Position numbers and translations under genes: made by a program. A stretch of DNA of 64,000 nucleotides, taken from positions 256,001 through 320,000 of the forward strand of contig CAVWFS010000018.1 in assembly GCA_963754315.1 (NCBI GenBank), read 5' to 3'. Source of the stretch: an uncultured Candidatus Rokubacteria bacterium. GTDB lineage: Bacteria > Methylomirabilota > Methylomirabilia > Rokubacteriales > CSP1-6. Positions 1-10,091 of the stretch are shown here, piece by piece; positions within the stretch are counted from its first letter, which is position 1; each line of letters starts with the position of its first letter. A model generated the notes under the pieces. The model had not been told where the DNA came from. It saw nothing but the letters and a program-made list of their open reading frames with translations, and ran no database searches.

Positions 1-164
1 ACGACGTCCTCGGCTCCCACGTACAGGTGAGGCAGCCAGCGCTCATTGCCGAACGTGGCTACCGCCACCGTGAGCGTTCCCTCCGGGGCGGCCTCGGCGG
101 GCGCAACCGCCGCCCACAGAGATGCCATGACGGTGAGCGCGAGGAGCACGAACCGTTGCCTCAT
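1..164 (-). CDS. ABC transporter substrate-binding protein (peptide/nickel family 5 like), N-terminal part; runs off the window edge
   Basis: Manual translation MRQRFVLLALTVMASLWAAVAPAEAAPEGTLTVAVATFGNERWLPHLYVGAEDV; signal peptide ending A-E-A; GGAGGAGG RBS upstream. Confidence 0.65.
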   Translation of the reverse strand, partial: MRQRFVLLALTVMASLWAAVAPAEAAPEGTLTVAVATFGNERWLPHLYVGAEDV

Positions 165-465
165 GACCTCCTCCTTCTGCTTGTATGGACGGAAATCGGT
201 CGTTCGGGGTCGTCGTACGAGACGCGCAGACGCTGCCCGGGCGGGCAGCGTGGGGCGGTGACGCGGGGGGCGCCGTCCGGGCCGGGAAAGCTTGACTTGC
301 TCATGGGCGTCTCCACGTGGCACCTCGAGAGCCCTCGCAGCTTGGCCGGGGTGCCGGTATCCTACTCCAAGATTCCCTCGGCGACCCCCGAGACTTTTCT
401 CTACGGTGCCCTGCGCGCTCGGACTAACTGCGACCCGGGGACGGCCGAGCCACCAGGAGGAACAG

Positions 466-1398
466 ATGGCATCAATTGCTCCGACGGTCAGGCAACTCGC
501 CTCAGGGCTCCGCTTTCCCGAAGGGCCGGTGGCCATGCCTGATGGCTCGATCATCCTGGTCGAGATCGCTCGCCAGACACTCTCCCGCGTGACCCCCGAC
601 GGCAAGGTGACCGTGATCGCCCACCTGGGCGGGGGACCCAACGGAGCGGCCCTCGGCCCCGGCGGGAGGATCTACGTGGCCAACAATGGCGGTCTCAAGT
701 GGGTGGAGCGGCCGGGGCGACTGTTCCCGGTGCTGCAGGCCGACGACTATGCGGGAGGAAGCATCCAGGTCGTCGCCGCCGAGACAGGCAAGGTGGAGAC
801 CCTCTACGATGCGTGCGACGGCCAACGCCTGCGCGGGCCCAACGATCTCGTGTTCGACCGGGCCGGGGGCTTCTGGTTCACCGATCTTGGCAAGACGCGC
901 GAGCGCGACGCGGATCGGGGCGTCGTCTACTACGCAAAGGCCGATGGCTCGACGATCAAAGAGGCGATCTTTCCGCTGGAACGACCGAATGGCATCGGCT
1001 TGTCTCCAGACGAGAAGACACTTTACGTGGTCGAGACCCCGACGGCGCGCTGCTGGGCCTTTCGCCTTTCGGCGCCGGGGCAGATCGAATCCGCAAACGG
1101 ACCGTACCGGGGAGAAAAGGGCACGGTCGTCGCGGGTCTCGGTGGCTACCAGATGTTCGACTCGCTCGCCGTCGACAGTGAGAGTCACATCTGTGTGGCG
1201 ACCCTGATCACCGGCGCCATCAGCGACATTTGGCCCGACGGTAGTCGGGTGGACCAGTACACCTTGCCCGACATGATGGTCACCAACGTGTGCTTCGGGG
1301 GGAAGGACATGCGCACGGCGTTTGCCACCCTGTCGATGGGCGGCACCCTGGTGTCCTTCCAATGGCCGCGGCCCGGTCTACGCTTGAATTACCAATAG
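466..1398 (+). CDS. SMP-30/gluconolactonase/LRE family protein
   Basis: FPEGP, GGPNG, GPNDL, PNGIGLSPD motifs; AGGAGG RBS before ATG 466. Confidence 0.9.
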   Translation: MASIAPTVRQLASGLRFPEGPVAMPDGSIILVEIARQTLSRVTPDGKVTVIAHLGGGPNGAALGPGGRIYVANNGGLKWVERPGRLFPVLQADDYAGGSIQVVAAETGKVETLYDACDGQRLRGPNDLVFDRAGGFWFTDLGKTRERDADRGVVYYAKADGSTIKEAIFPLERPNGIGLSPDEKTLYVVETPTARCWAFRLSAPGQIESANGPYRGEKGTVVAGLGGYQMFDSLAVDSESHICVATLITGAISDIWPDGSRVDQYTLPDMMVTNVCFGGKDMRTAFATLSMGGTLVSFQWPRPGLRLNYQ

Positions 1399-1436
1399 GA
1401 TGGCCTCGACGGTAGGAGGGGCCCTTGAAGGGCCCC

Positions 1437-1456
1437 AACCAGCGCTCTGGTTTTTT
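1437..1456 (+). terminator. Probable intrinsic terminator
   Basis: AACCAG-cgct-CTGGTT hairpin running into a T6 tract; a second hairpin GGGGCCCTT-g-AAGGGCCCC lies at 1418-1436. Confidence 0.5.
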
Positions 1457-1528
1457 GCGGGCGGCTGGCGTAAGGTGCCGAGGTAAGGCAAGGTCGCAGC
1501 GCACATTAGCCGGCAGAGGAGAGACGAC

Positions 1529-1948
1529 ATGGCGAAGATCAAGCACATCGCCCTCTCGACCCAGGATGTGGACAAGACGGCCAAGTTCTACATCGACGTC
1601 TTCGGTATGAAGGAGATCGCCAAGATCGATAGCCCCGGCGCGCGCGGCTACTACCTGAGCGACGGCGACCTCAACCTGGCCATCCTCAACTTCAAGAACG
1701 ACGCGGTGGCGGGGGTGGAGCGCGGCAAGGACTGGAGCGGCATCCACCATATCGGCTTCCAGGTGGACAACCTCGAGGCCATCGCCGAGAAGCTGGCCGC
1801 CGCGGGCTCGAAGCCGCGCGACGACGTCAACCAGGCCCTCGGCGTGGGCCACCACGGCCACCGCTATGCCAACGTCGAGGTGAAGTACAACGGTCCCGAC
1901 AACGTGATGGTCGACGTCTCGGAGTCGGGTTGGGTCGGGACTAGTTGA
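1529..1948 (+). CDS. VOC/glyoxalase family protein
   Basis: IKHIAL..FY.DVFGM, GIHHIGFQVD and GPDN...D motifs; AGGAG RBS. Confidence 0.88.
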   Translation: MAKIKHIALSTQDVDKTAKFYIDVFGMKEIAKIDSPGARGYYLSDGDLNLAILNFKNDAVAGVERGKDWSGIHHIGFQVDNLEAIAEKLAAAGSKPRDDVNQALGVGHHGHRYANVEVKYNGPDNVMVDVSESGWVGTS

Positions 1949-2022
1949 ACATGGGGGGGTCGAGGACGACCCCCCCAAACCCCCCTGGCGCTCGGGGTGC
2001 CCCGGCGGAGCCGGGGCACCCC
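1946..2022 (+). repeat. Twin-hairpin REP-like extragenic element
   Basis: Perfect 10-bp stem 1953-1976 and perfect 13-bp stem 1994-2022 (GGA loop); related partial copy on the - strand at 44911-44961. Confidence 0.6.
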
Positions 2023-2069
2023 TCGATCGTGCGTGTGGTGTTTGGTGCGTCCTCCCCCCTTCGCTCGGG

Positions 2070-2357
2070 ATCGGCGCCATCTCGATCAGCCACGGTAGCA
2101 GCCACGAGCCACCGAACGGTAGCAGCCACGAGCCACCGAACGGTAGCAGCCACGAGCCACCGAAGTCGATGGTGAGTCCCCGGCGGGCGAAGATCTCCGA
2201 GAAGCGCGCGTGCTCGGAGGCTTCGGTGAGGTCGCAACCGCGGTCGCTGAGGTCGGCGCCCGAACAGAACGCGTCACCCGCCCCCGTGATGACCAGCACG
2301 CGGTCGGCGGTGGTGTCGCTGACCATGGGGCGCCCGGTCGACGCGCACTGCTTCCAT
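2070..2357 (-). pseudogene. Enoyl-CoA hydratase remnant with internal deletions
   Basis: GGAGG RBS plus MEAVRVDRA start, then out-of-frame VLVITGAGDAFCSGADL and ARFSEIFARRGLTIDFGGSWLLP; most of the fold is missing; end coordinate approximate. Confidence 0.7.
2093..2164. repeat. Tandem repeat, 3 x 24 bp (CGGTAGCAGCCACGAGCCACCGAA)
   Basis: Three exact adjacent copies with no spacers; reads FGGSWLLP x3 on the - strand. Confidence 0.95.
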
Positions 2358-2522
2358 GATCAAGCCTCCTTGTTGTCCAGCGGACGCGGCGCATAGCCCA
2401 GCCTACCTCGATCTCAAGGCGGCGCCGGTAGCATCTGGTCGATGGCACAATCATCAGCAAAGGTCGTCACCCCCTCAAAACTCCACGAAATACAGTCTCC
2501 GCTGCGTATCCGTCTGAAGACA

Positions 2523-2551
2523 TTGACGGCTGGCCGGTCGCCGTCTACCGT
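2523..2551 (+). promoter_or_regulatory. Sigma70-type promoter, probably leaderless, for the Uma2 gene
   Basis: TTGACG-17nt-TACCGT-6nt-ATG with no SD sequence. Confidence 0.55.
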
Positions 2552-2557
2552 GCTGGC

Positions 2558-3175
2558 ATGGCCTCAGTGAGCGAGCCATCCGAGGATCCGACGACGGGTG
2601 TGATACAGGGTTCGGTCACGCTGCGGCGGTGGCGGCGAGTCGAGTACGACCGGCTCACCGAGCTCGGTGTCTTCGAGGGCGAGCCTATCGAGCTTCTCGG
2701 TGGCCAGCTCGTCGTGGCTGAACCTCAGCACCCCTATCACGCGTCCGCGATCACGGCCGCCGACTACGCGTTGAGAGGCGTCCTGCCACGGGGCTGGATC
2801 GTAAGAACTCAGTTGCCCATATCGCTCGACGACGAATCCGAGCCCGAACCCGACCTGGTCGTGGTGGCGGGCGGGCCCGCCGACTATCGCCACGACCATC
2901 CGGCGCACCCGACCCTCGCAGTCGAGGTGGCCACCTCGAGCCTCCGCCTCGACCGCCATCACAAGGGCAGCCTCTACGCGCGGGCGGGCGTCGCGGACTA
3001 CTGGATCGTGAACCTCATCGATCGCCTTCTTGAAGTCTACCGAGACCCCGGGCCCGATCCCTCAGCCCCTTACGGCTGGCGGTACCGGTCGGTCGCAACC
3101 TTGACGCCGCCGGCCGTCGTGATTCCGCTGGCATTCCCGTCGAGCCCCATCGCCGTCGCCGACCTGCTGCCCTAG
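2558..3175 (+). CDS. Uma2 family (DUF820) endonuclease-like protein
   Basis: IELLGG, SEPEPDL, LAVEVA.SS, K..LYARAGVADYWIVNL. Confidence 0.9.
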   Translation: MASVSEPSEDPTTGVIQGSVTLRRWRRVEYDRLTELGVFEGEPIELLGGQLVVAEPQHPYHASAITAADYALRGVLPRGWIVRTQLPISLDDESEPEPDLVVVAGGPADYRHDHPAHPTLAVEVATSSLRLDRHHKGSLYARAGVADYWIVNLIDRLLEVYRDPGPDPSAPYGWRYRSVATLTPPAVVIPLAFPSSPIAVADLLP

Positions 3176-3297
3176 CCCGTGGGCCTGGCCGCCCTGCCAT
3201 GAGCCAGTGCAGCGTGTTTCATCCCCCGTAGCGAGGCTCACCCGGGAGTCCAGGAACCTGGCCCGCGGGTCGAACGCGGTGGTGCTATCCTTCGCGC

Positions 3298-4493
3298 ATG
3301 GGTGAGCCGACGACGAAAACTCGGACCTTGCGCGGCACGGTGGCCGTGGCCGGGATTGGCGAGACGACCTACTACAAGCACGGGAAGTCGCCCGATCCAG
3401 AATTTAAGCTTGCGCTGATGGCGATTCTCCGCGCCTGCGAGGATGCCGGGATCTCCCCGCGGGAGATCGACGGCTTCGCGTCCTACTCGAACGACCGCAA
3501 CGAGCCCTCACGTCTGGCGGCGGCGCTCGGTCTGCCCGAGTTGCGCTTCGCCAACATGCAGTGGGGCGGGGGGGAGGCGGCGGAGCAGCGGCCGTGGGTA
3601 ACGCCGCCGCCGCCATCGCCGGCGGGCTGGCGGACTGCGTCGTCGTGTTCCGGGCGCTGGCCCAGGGCCAGTTCGCGCGCTTCGGGCGGGGAGCGCCGAC
3701 GGTGACGGTGACGGGCGAGCCGGCCTTCACGTTCCCCTACGGGCTCATCTCCCCGGCCCAGCGGTTCGCCATGCGGGTGATGCGCTTCATGGACGACCAC
3801 GGTGTGCGGCAGGAGACCCTGCGAGCCATCGCGCTCGCCTCGTACCACCACGCGCAGGCCAATCCGCGGGCCGTCATGCACGGCCGTCCCCTGACGCCCG
3901 AGATGTACGACGCCTCCCGCTGGATCGTGGAGCCGTTTCGCCTCTTCGACTGCTGCCTCGAGAACGACGGCGCGGCCGCCCTCATTTTGGTTCCTGCCGA
4001 GCGGGCTCGTGAACTTCGGGCGCGGCCGGTGTACCTCCTCGGCGTTGCCCAGGGCTCCGAGCACCGGAACGGGGCGCCCGTCCACAACGCGCCACTCTAT
4101 GCAACGTCGAGCTTCACCACGGTGGCCCCGCATCTCTACGCCATGGCCGGGGTCAGCCCCAAGGACGTCAACGTCGTGCAGAGCTACGAGAACTTCACGG
4201 GAGGCGTGCTCATGAGTCTGGTCGAGCACGGCTTCTTTGCGCCCGAGGACGCCAACGAGGCGTGTGCGGCCGAGCATCTCATAGCCCCCACGGGACGACT
4301 CCCCCTCAACACGAGTGGTGGCAATCTGGCCGAGTGCTACATGCACGGCCTCGAGTTACAGCTGGAAGCGGTCCGACAGATTCGGGGGGAATCGTCCAAC
4401 CAGGTGCCCGACGCGCACGTATCGATGGTGTGCTCCGGCCCCATGGTCACGCCCGTGTCTAGCCTGATTTTTGGCTCCGAGGCGACCCTCTGA
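3298..4493 (+). CDS. Thiolase-superfamily (Ltp2/SCP-x like) protein; frameshift in G-run near 3570
   Basis: VAVAGIGET, ENDGAAA, YENF and PLNTSGGNLAECYMHG; ORFs 3298-3705 and 3561-4493 join at a G homopolymer. Confidence 0.85.
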
Positions 4494-4939
4494 GCGCCGC
4501 GCGCCCGTACTGTCTGCCCGAGGGGCTTCCTCGCCCCGCGCCCGAGGCGGATGGGCTCAGTCGGCCCTACTGGGAGGGCACGCGACGGGGCGAGCTTTGG
4601 GTCCAGCGCTGCCAGAGCTGTCGCGCCTGGCAGTGGGGGCCAGAGTGGATCTGTCACGCGTGCCTGTCGTTCGACGTAGGCTGGGAGCGCGTCGACGGCT
4701 CGGGGCGGATCTATAGCTGGGAGCGCGTCTGGCATCCCGTGCACCCGGCCCTCACCGAGGCCGGCCCCTACGTGGTCCTACTCGTCGAGTTGCCCGATGC
4801 CGACGGTGTGCGCATGGTGGGCAATCTCGTTGGCGATCCGCTTCAGCTGGTACGGATCGGTGCCCCGGTGACGGCCGTGTTCGAACACCACAACGATGGC
4901 CGCCCCCCATATACCCTGGTCCACTGGAGGTGTGCATGA
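4490..4939 (+). CDS. DUF35 Zn-ribbon/OB-fold protein; probable CTG start
   Basis: In-frame reading upstream of the ORF-track start gives PYWEG..RGELWVQRCQSC...PEWICHAC..GRIYSW; CTGA overlaps the thiolase stop. Confidence 0.82.
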   Translation: MSAARPYCLPEGLPRPAPEADGLSRPYWEGTRRGELWVQRCQSCRAWQWGPEWICHACLSFDVGWERVDGSGRIYSWERVWHPVHPALTEAGPYVVLLVELPDADGVRMVGNLVGDPLQLVRIGAPVTAVFEHHNDGRPPYTLVHWRCA

Positions 4940-6150
4940 GCACCCTGACCGCGAACGACATCGTCGTCAACGAGCCGAACCGCTGGCGTCTGGCCACCCC
5001 CGGCAACTCGGGCTGGCCCCGCACGGCCCGGCCTGGAACGACGAACAAGTACTTCGTCGTCTCGGCGGACTGCCACGCAAACGAGCCGGCGAATCTATGG
5101 GCGGAGCGGATGGATCGGAAGTATCGCGACCGCCTGCCGCGGATCGTCACCGACGACAAGGGCGTCCAGTGGCGTGTCACCGAAGGGCATCGCCCCGATC
5201 GGATACGCTTGAGCGACCTCGAAGGCGAAGACCTCGTGCGCTCGAAGGCGGGGGCGGATCCGCGGGAGCGATTGCGCGACCAGGCGCGCGATGGGATCGA
5301 TGCCGAGGTGGTCTTCCCAAACAAGGGGCTTTCCATGTGGGCCACCCCCGACGCCCAATTCGCGATGGCCCAGTGTCGGGTGTGGAACGATTGGGCCTGG
5401 GAGACTTTCGGTCCGTACGTGGACCGCATGTCGCCGGCGGCGGCGCTGGCCACCGCGGACCTCGAGGGTTCCCTGGCCGAGGTGCAGCGCGTGAGTGCGC
5501 TCGGCTTTCGCGTCCTCACGCTTCCCTGCAAGCCGGTCTGGGGCGGTCACGACGTCGAGCATCCGAATTACAACCTGCCCCTGTTCGATCCGCTGTGGGC
5601 GGCCATCCAGGAGGCCGACCTTGCCATCACCTTCCACGTCTCCACGGGGCGGGACCCGCGCGCGTCCCGCGGCAACGGCGGCGCCGTCATCAACTATGTC
5701 TCGCACTCGCTCTCGCCCACCATCGAGCCGGTGGCGAACCTGTGTGCCTCCGGAGTGCTCGAGCGCTTTCCGCGCCTGCGCTTCGCGACCATCGAAGCGG
5801 GGATCGGCTGGCTGCCCTGGCTTCTGACGGCCATGGACGAGGCGTATCTCAAGCATCACTTTTGGGTCCGGCCCAAGCTCGCCAAGCTCCCCAGCGAGTA
5901 TTTCCGTCTCCACGGCTTCGCGTCGTTCGGGGAGGACCGCCCGGGGCTGGATCTGGCCGAGCCCTGCCGTCTCGTCGACAACCTCATGTGGGCGAACGAC
6001 TACCCGCATCACGAGGGCACGTGGCCGCACTCGGCCGAGGCGATCGAGCGCACGATGGGCCATCTGACCGACTCGGCCCGCGCGAAGATCCTTGGGCTCA
6101 ATGCGGCGAAGCTGTTCCGCTTCGAGGTTCCCAAGGGCTACGCGGCCTAG
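4936..6150 (+). CDS. Amidohydrolase family 2 protein
   Basis: SADCH, FHV, IEAGIGW, WANDYPHHEGTWP; ATGA coupling to the upstream gene. Confidence 0.9.
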   Translation: MSTLTANDIVVNEPNRWRLATPGNSGWPRTARPGTTNKYFVVSADCHANEPANLWAERMDRKYRDRLPRIVTDDKGVQWRVTEGHRPDRIRLSDLEGEDLVRSKAGADPRERLRDQARDGIDAEVVFPNKGLSMWATPDAQFAMAQCRVWNDWAWETFGPYVDRMSPAAALATADLEGSLAEVQRVSALGFRVLTLPCKPVWGGHDVEHPNYNLPLFDPLWAAIQEADLAITFHVSTGRDPRASRGNGGAVINYVSHSLSPTIEPVANLCASGVLERFPRLRFATIEAGIGWLPWLLTAMDEAYLKHHFWVRPKLAKLPSEYFRLHGFASFGEDRPGLDLAEPCRLVDNLMWANDYPHHEGTWPHSAEAIERTMGHLTDSARAKILGLNAAKLFRFEVPKGYAA

Positions 6151-6171
6151 CCGGTTTGCCCGATTCCCCCG

Positions 6172-7675
6172 TCAGCGTCGCTCGACGGCGTAGATCACGA
6201 CCGACCCGTCGTGATAAATGGGGCGGAGCCAGGGCGGATGTCCCTCGGGCGTCGCGAGCGCGGTGAGGCCCTTGCGGAACCGTCCCCAGCGGTCGTAGAC
6301 GAGGTAGTCCGGCGGATGTTCATCGAGCATGCGTCCGAGTTCCTCGACTGAGCGTGCGTCGGGAAGCTCCTGCCACGAGCGCCGGCTCAAGTAGGCAATC
6401 TGAGCGCGCACGGCCATCACGGCTGCCCCGGTCGGGGCCACCCCCGCCAGATAGCGAGCGGCGGGTAGAAGCTCGATCGGCTGTCGGGCCAACGTCGTGC
6501 GTACCGCGTGCCAGGAGCGGGCCACGGACGGGATGAGGATCAGCAGGGCGAGGGCCGCGACCACCGCGGAGCCGATCAGGGGCCTGCCGACGGCGCGCCC
6601 AATGGCTCCGGCGATCCGGATGATCGCGAAGGCTGCAAAGCCGCTGTAGCAGGCCAGCAGGAAGAGGAAGTATCGCCTCTCCCAATGGGTAAGCGACATC
6701 AGGAGAAAGAACGCGAGCGCTCCAGCCAGGACGATGAGCACGGCGCGCTGCCGATATCGAGCCAGGCTGACGACGATGCCGAGGGCGGCCAGCGGACCGA
6801 CCGGAAAGAGGGCGAGGCTCGCCCCGAAGGAGTTGATCAGGAGTGGACCGAGATGCTGGGCATAGCTCCGGGCGAAGACCAGGGGGTCCGCGAGGAACAC
6901 GTCGGCCAGCGAGGAGATCGTCCGCGCATCGATGTGCGCGATATGCTCGCGGGCGACGTCTCGGTAGTTCGTACTGTAGAGGGCGGACCCATGCTGGGCG
7001 TAGTTCAGCCCGAGCCAAGGGGCCACCATCAGGAGGAAACTACCGAGGTAGAGCGCGGCCCGATGCGCACGCTCGGTCTTCGACCCCTCTCCGGAGAGGA
7101 CACCGGCCAGGCCCGGTACCAGCAGAAACACGCCGTTGTATCGCAAGAGGTAGGCGGCGCCACAGAGCGCGCCGGCAAGAGCGGCCGCCTGCTTGCGGCG
7201 CGAGCCCTCGTGGGTGATGACGAATCAGCGCGCCCAGACAGACACACACGAAAGGGACGTCGGTCATGGCGGCAATGGCGTACGTCGTGAACGTCGGGGA
7301 TGACAACATGATGAGCACCGCCAGCAGCGCCGCCGTGGCCCCGAACAGGCGCCGGTGGAGATAGAAGGCCAGGACTCCCGCCAGCCCTGCCGCCAGAACG
7401 GAGAGCCACTTGCCCGCGGCGAACCTATCGTCCGTGAGCGGCGACAGGAGCGCGAGCAGCAGAGGATAGCCCGGCGGGTTGTAGGTGTTCTGCGGGAGTG
7501 CTCCGATGGCAATCCGGTCCGCATCGGGTGCATACCAGCGATAGAAGTCCGAGAACACACCCACGACATGCTGGTGTACCGGATAGGCGAGGGCGAGAAC
7601 GTAGACCGCACTGATGGCGAGGGCGACTCCTCCCACTCGTCGGGTGGACCATGCCGACAGGATCGCGGTCCTCAT
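6172..7675 (-). CDS. GT-C (ArnT/PMT family) membrane glycosyltransferase; frameshift near 7223
   Basis: SDFY, YNPPGYPLLL, AMTDVPF, LRYNG and ERRYFL motifs across ORFs 7040-7675 and 6172-7146; many TM segments. Confidence 0.75.
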
Positions 7676-9037
7676 GGCCTCGGCGCCGCCGCCAGCAGTT
7701 CCTGGACCACGGGGAGCAAGCAGGCCGCGACCGCAGCATTACCGAGAGGCGAGTAGTGGCCCGGCCCAAAGAGGCGGGCTGGATTCTGCTTTGCAAGGCA
7801 CGGTGTCACGTCGGTGTAGGGCAGACCGCTGCCGCGGAGGGTCGTCTGGGCCAGACTGTGCCAGCCAGCATCTTCTGCTCGCCGACGAAAATCGCGATCG
7901 GAAGGAAAGTACACGAGCAGGGGACGGGCCCCAGCGGCCGCCGCCTCGCGCGCGAACGCGCGCAGGATCGCGCGATTGAGCTCGAGCACCCTCGTGTCCG
8001 ACCGCCGTGGGTCCGGCCCCGTCCACGCGCGCGCGCGCGAGACGATCAGGCGATAAAGGTAAGACGAATCGAGGGTGTGCCACTCCCAGTCCTCGGCGCG
8101 ATACCCAGGGTCGTACTCGATGAAGGGGAGCTCACGAATCGACCGGGCAGCCACGATCGATTCGGGCGAGGGTAAGGGCACGTTCAGCAAGGCGAGCCGG
8201 TCAAGGTCGGTCACGAAACGCGGCTTCGCGAACGGGAAAGGCCACCCCGGAAAGCTCACGAAGCTGTAGACGGCCAGCGACCGGAACAGGTCGTGGTTGA
8301 TGAGCCCGAGGATCACCACGTCCGGCCGCCAGGGGCGGACATCGCGCGCATACCGCAGATAGGCCTGATCGACCCCGTAGCCGTCGACCCCGAAGTTGAG
8401 GACTTGCACGTCGGGGCCGAGCGCTCGCTCGAGCCGATGCCCCCAAGAATCGGCGTAGCTGACCTCCAGGCCGAAGGTGAAGGAATCGCCGACGAGGGCG
8501 ATGCGACGAGAGGCGGTACGCTCCCGGAGCGCCATGCCTGATGACGGGCTGCGCAGCCCTTCCGCGCTGCTGAAGTACAAACCGTCTGCGCTCCGACGGT
8601 TGGGCCCGATCACCCAACCAAGGTTCTCATCCGCCACCAGGTACGATCCGTCCCGCGCCGCGCGGGCCAGGATGGCTTGGTTGTGGGTGACGACGTCCGA
8701 CCACCTCCAGGGCAAGAGGTGCGTATTCATCACCACGGGCCCGCGTGGTGTCGGGCGGGCCAACAGACGAAGCGTGAGCTCCGCGGTCGCGAGAATGAGC
8801 AGGATCGAGACCAGGTTGAGCACCATTGTGAAGGCGACCCGCTGGCAGTCACCGCCTGCTCGTGTCCGGTACCGCTGCACGATGACCGCCGCCGCCCCCA
8901 GGAGAGCCAGACCGGCGAGGACGGAGAGGGTCAGTGACGAGACGACCAGCCCTCTGACCGGCAAGGACCAGCAGCAGCAGAGCGGAGCCCTCGAAGACGT
9001 ACAACGAAGCCAGGAGGCGGACGTCGGGAGCAACCAT
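7672..9037 (-). CDS. Membrane-anchored SGNH/GDSL hydrolase or acyltransferase; possible N-terminal frameshift
   Basis: VGDSFTFG, NFGVDGYG and HYSPLGN blocks; N-terminal TM helices. Confidence 0.8.
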
Positions 9038-9069
9038 GGACGGACGCGCGGGAAGAAGGCTCGCGCTCC

Positions 9070-10071
9070 TCACGATTTCACGTCGTCGAGCTCGGGCTCG
9101 GCCATGGTCGCCGGGCGTGCCGAGAGCGCGCTCAGCAAGGCGAAGCCAACGGTGATCCACACGATCTCGCGCAGCCGCCGTACCAGCGTATAGGTGAGGC
9201 CTACGGCGCCGCCCAGGCCGAAGGCCGCGAAGATGGCGATGTTGCCGCCTTCCAGAGCGCCCAGGCTGGCCGGAATCATGAAGCTGAAGAATTTCACGGC
9301 GCTGCCGAAAGCCCCGATGGCCAGGGCCGACCACGGAGAAATGGGGACGTCGAGCAAGCGGACAACCAGGTAGATCTCGAGCGAGCCCAGCGCGAACGCG
9401 AGGAGGTGGAACAGGACCGAGATCACCAGGCGCCTCTGGTGCCCGAGGTAGGTCGCGCGCAACGTCTCGTCCATTCCCTCGAGCACGGCCTGGCCTCGGG
9501 CGGGAGCCAACCTGAACTTCGCGAGCCAGCGTCCCCCGCGGCCCAGCACGCCCGCCAACTGCAGAATCACGAAGCCCGCCACGCACACGATCTCGAGCCC
9601 AAACAGAGTGAGCATCGTGATCATGATCGGACTCGAGAGCGGCAACAGACTGGCCCCCACCAGCAGCCCAACCGCGAGGAACAGGACCAGGGAGGTGACG
9701 GTCGTGGTTTTATCGACGATAACGGACGCCAAACCCTCGCGGAGAGGGACGCCGGGACGAAGCAGATAGGCCTTGACGGGCTCGCCGCCGACGGAGGCGG
9801 TCGGGGTGCCAAGATTCACGGCCTCGCCGGCCAGACGCACTCCGAGCAAGTGGTAGAGTGCGCACGGGCGCCGGAGGAACGTGAAGCGCCAGCCCACCGT
9901 GTCGAGAAGAACGACGACCGACGTGGGGAACAGGAAAACCAGGAGCAGCCGCCACGACAGACTCCGCAGGGCGCTCCACACCACCTCGGGGCCGATCTGG
10001 TTGACCAGGTAGCCCACGACCGAGAGTCCGGCTACGAGGAGGAGCAGGCGGACGAGAGCCCGAGTCGACAC
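9070..10071 (-). CDS. Lysylphosphatidylglycerol synthase TM / flippase-like protein (HpnL-like)
   Basis: RLAGEAVN..TPTASVGGEPVKAYLL, IPASLGALEGG and LVRRLRE motifs. Confidence 0.82.
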   Translation of the reverse strand: MSTRALVRLLLLVAGLSVVGYLVNQIGPEVVWSALRSLSWRLLLVFLFPTSVVVLLDTVGWRFTFLRRPCALYHLLGVRLAGEAVNLGTPTASVGGEPVKAYLLRPGVPLREGLASVIVDKTTTVTSLVLFLAVGLLVGASLLPLSSPIMITMLTLFGLEIVCVAGFVILQLAGVLGRGGRWLAKFRLAPARGQAVLEGMDETLRATYLGHQRRLVISVLFHLLAFALGSLEIYLVVRLLDVPISPWSALAIGAFGSAVKFFSFMIPASLGALEGGNIAIFAAFGLGGAVGLTYTLVRRLREIVWITVGFALLSALSARPATMAEPELDDVKS

Positions 10072-10091
10072 GCGCGCTGCGCGGTGCAGCC

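Noticed and set aside
2093..2164. 24-bp repeats as a CRISPR array
   Set aside because: Copies are directly adjacent with no spacers, lie inside a crotonase remnant, and no cas genes are present
2558..3175. Uma2 gene as a restriction or defence system
   Set aside because: Solitary member of a commonly expanded family; no methylase or other defence gene adjacent
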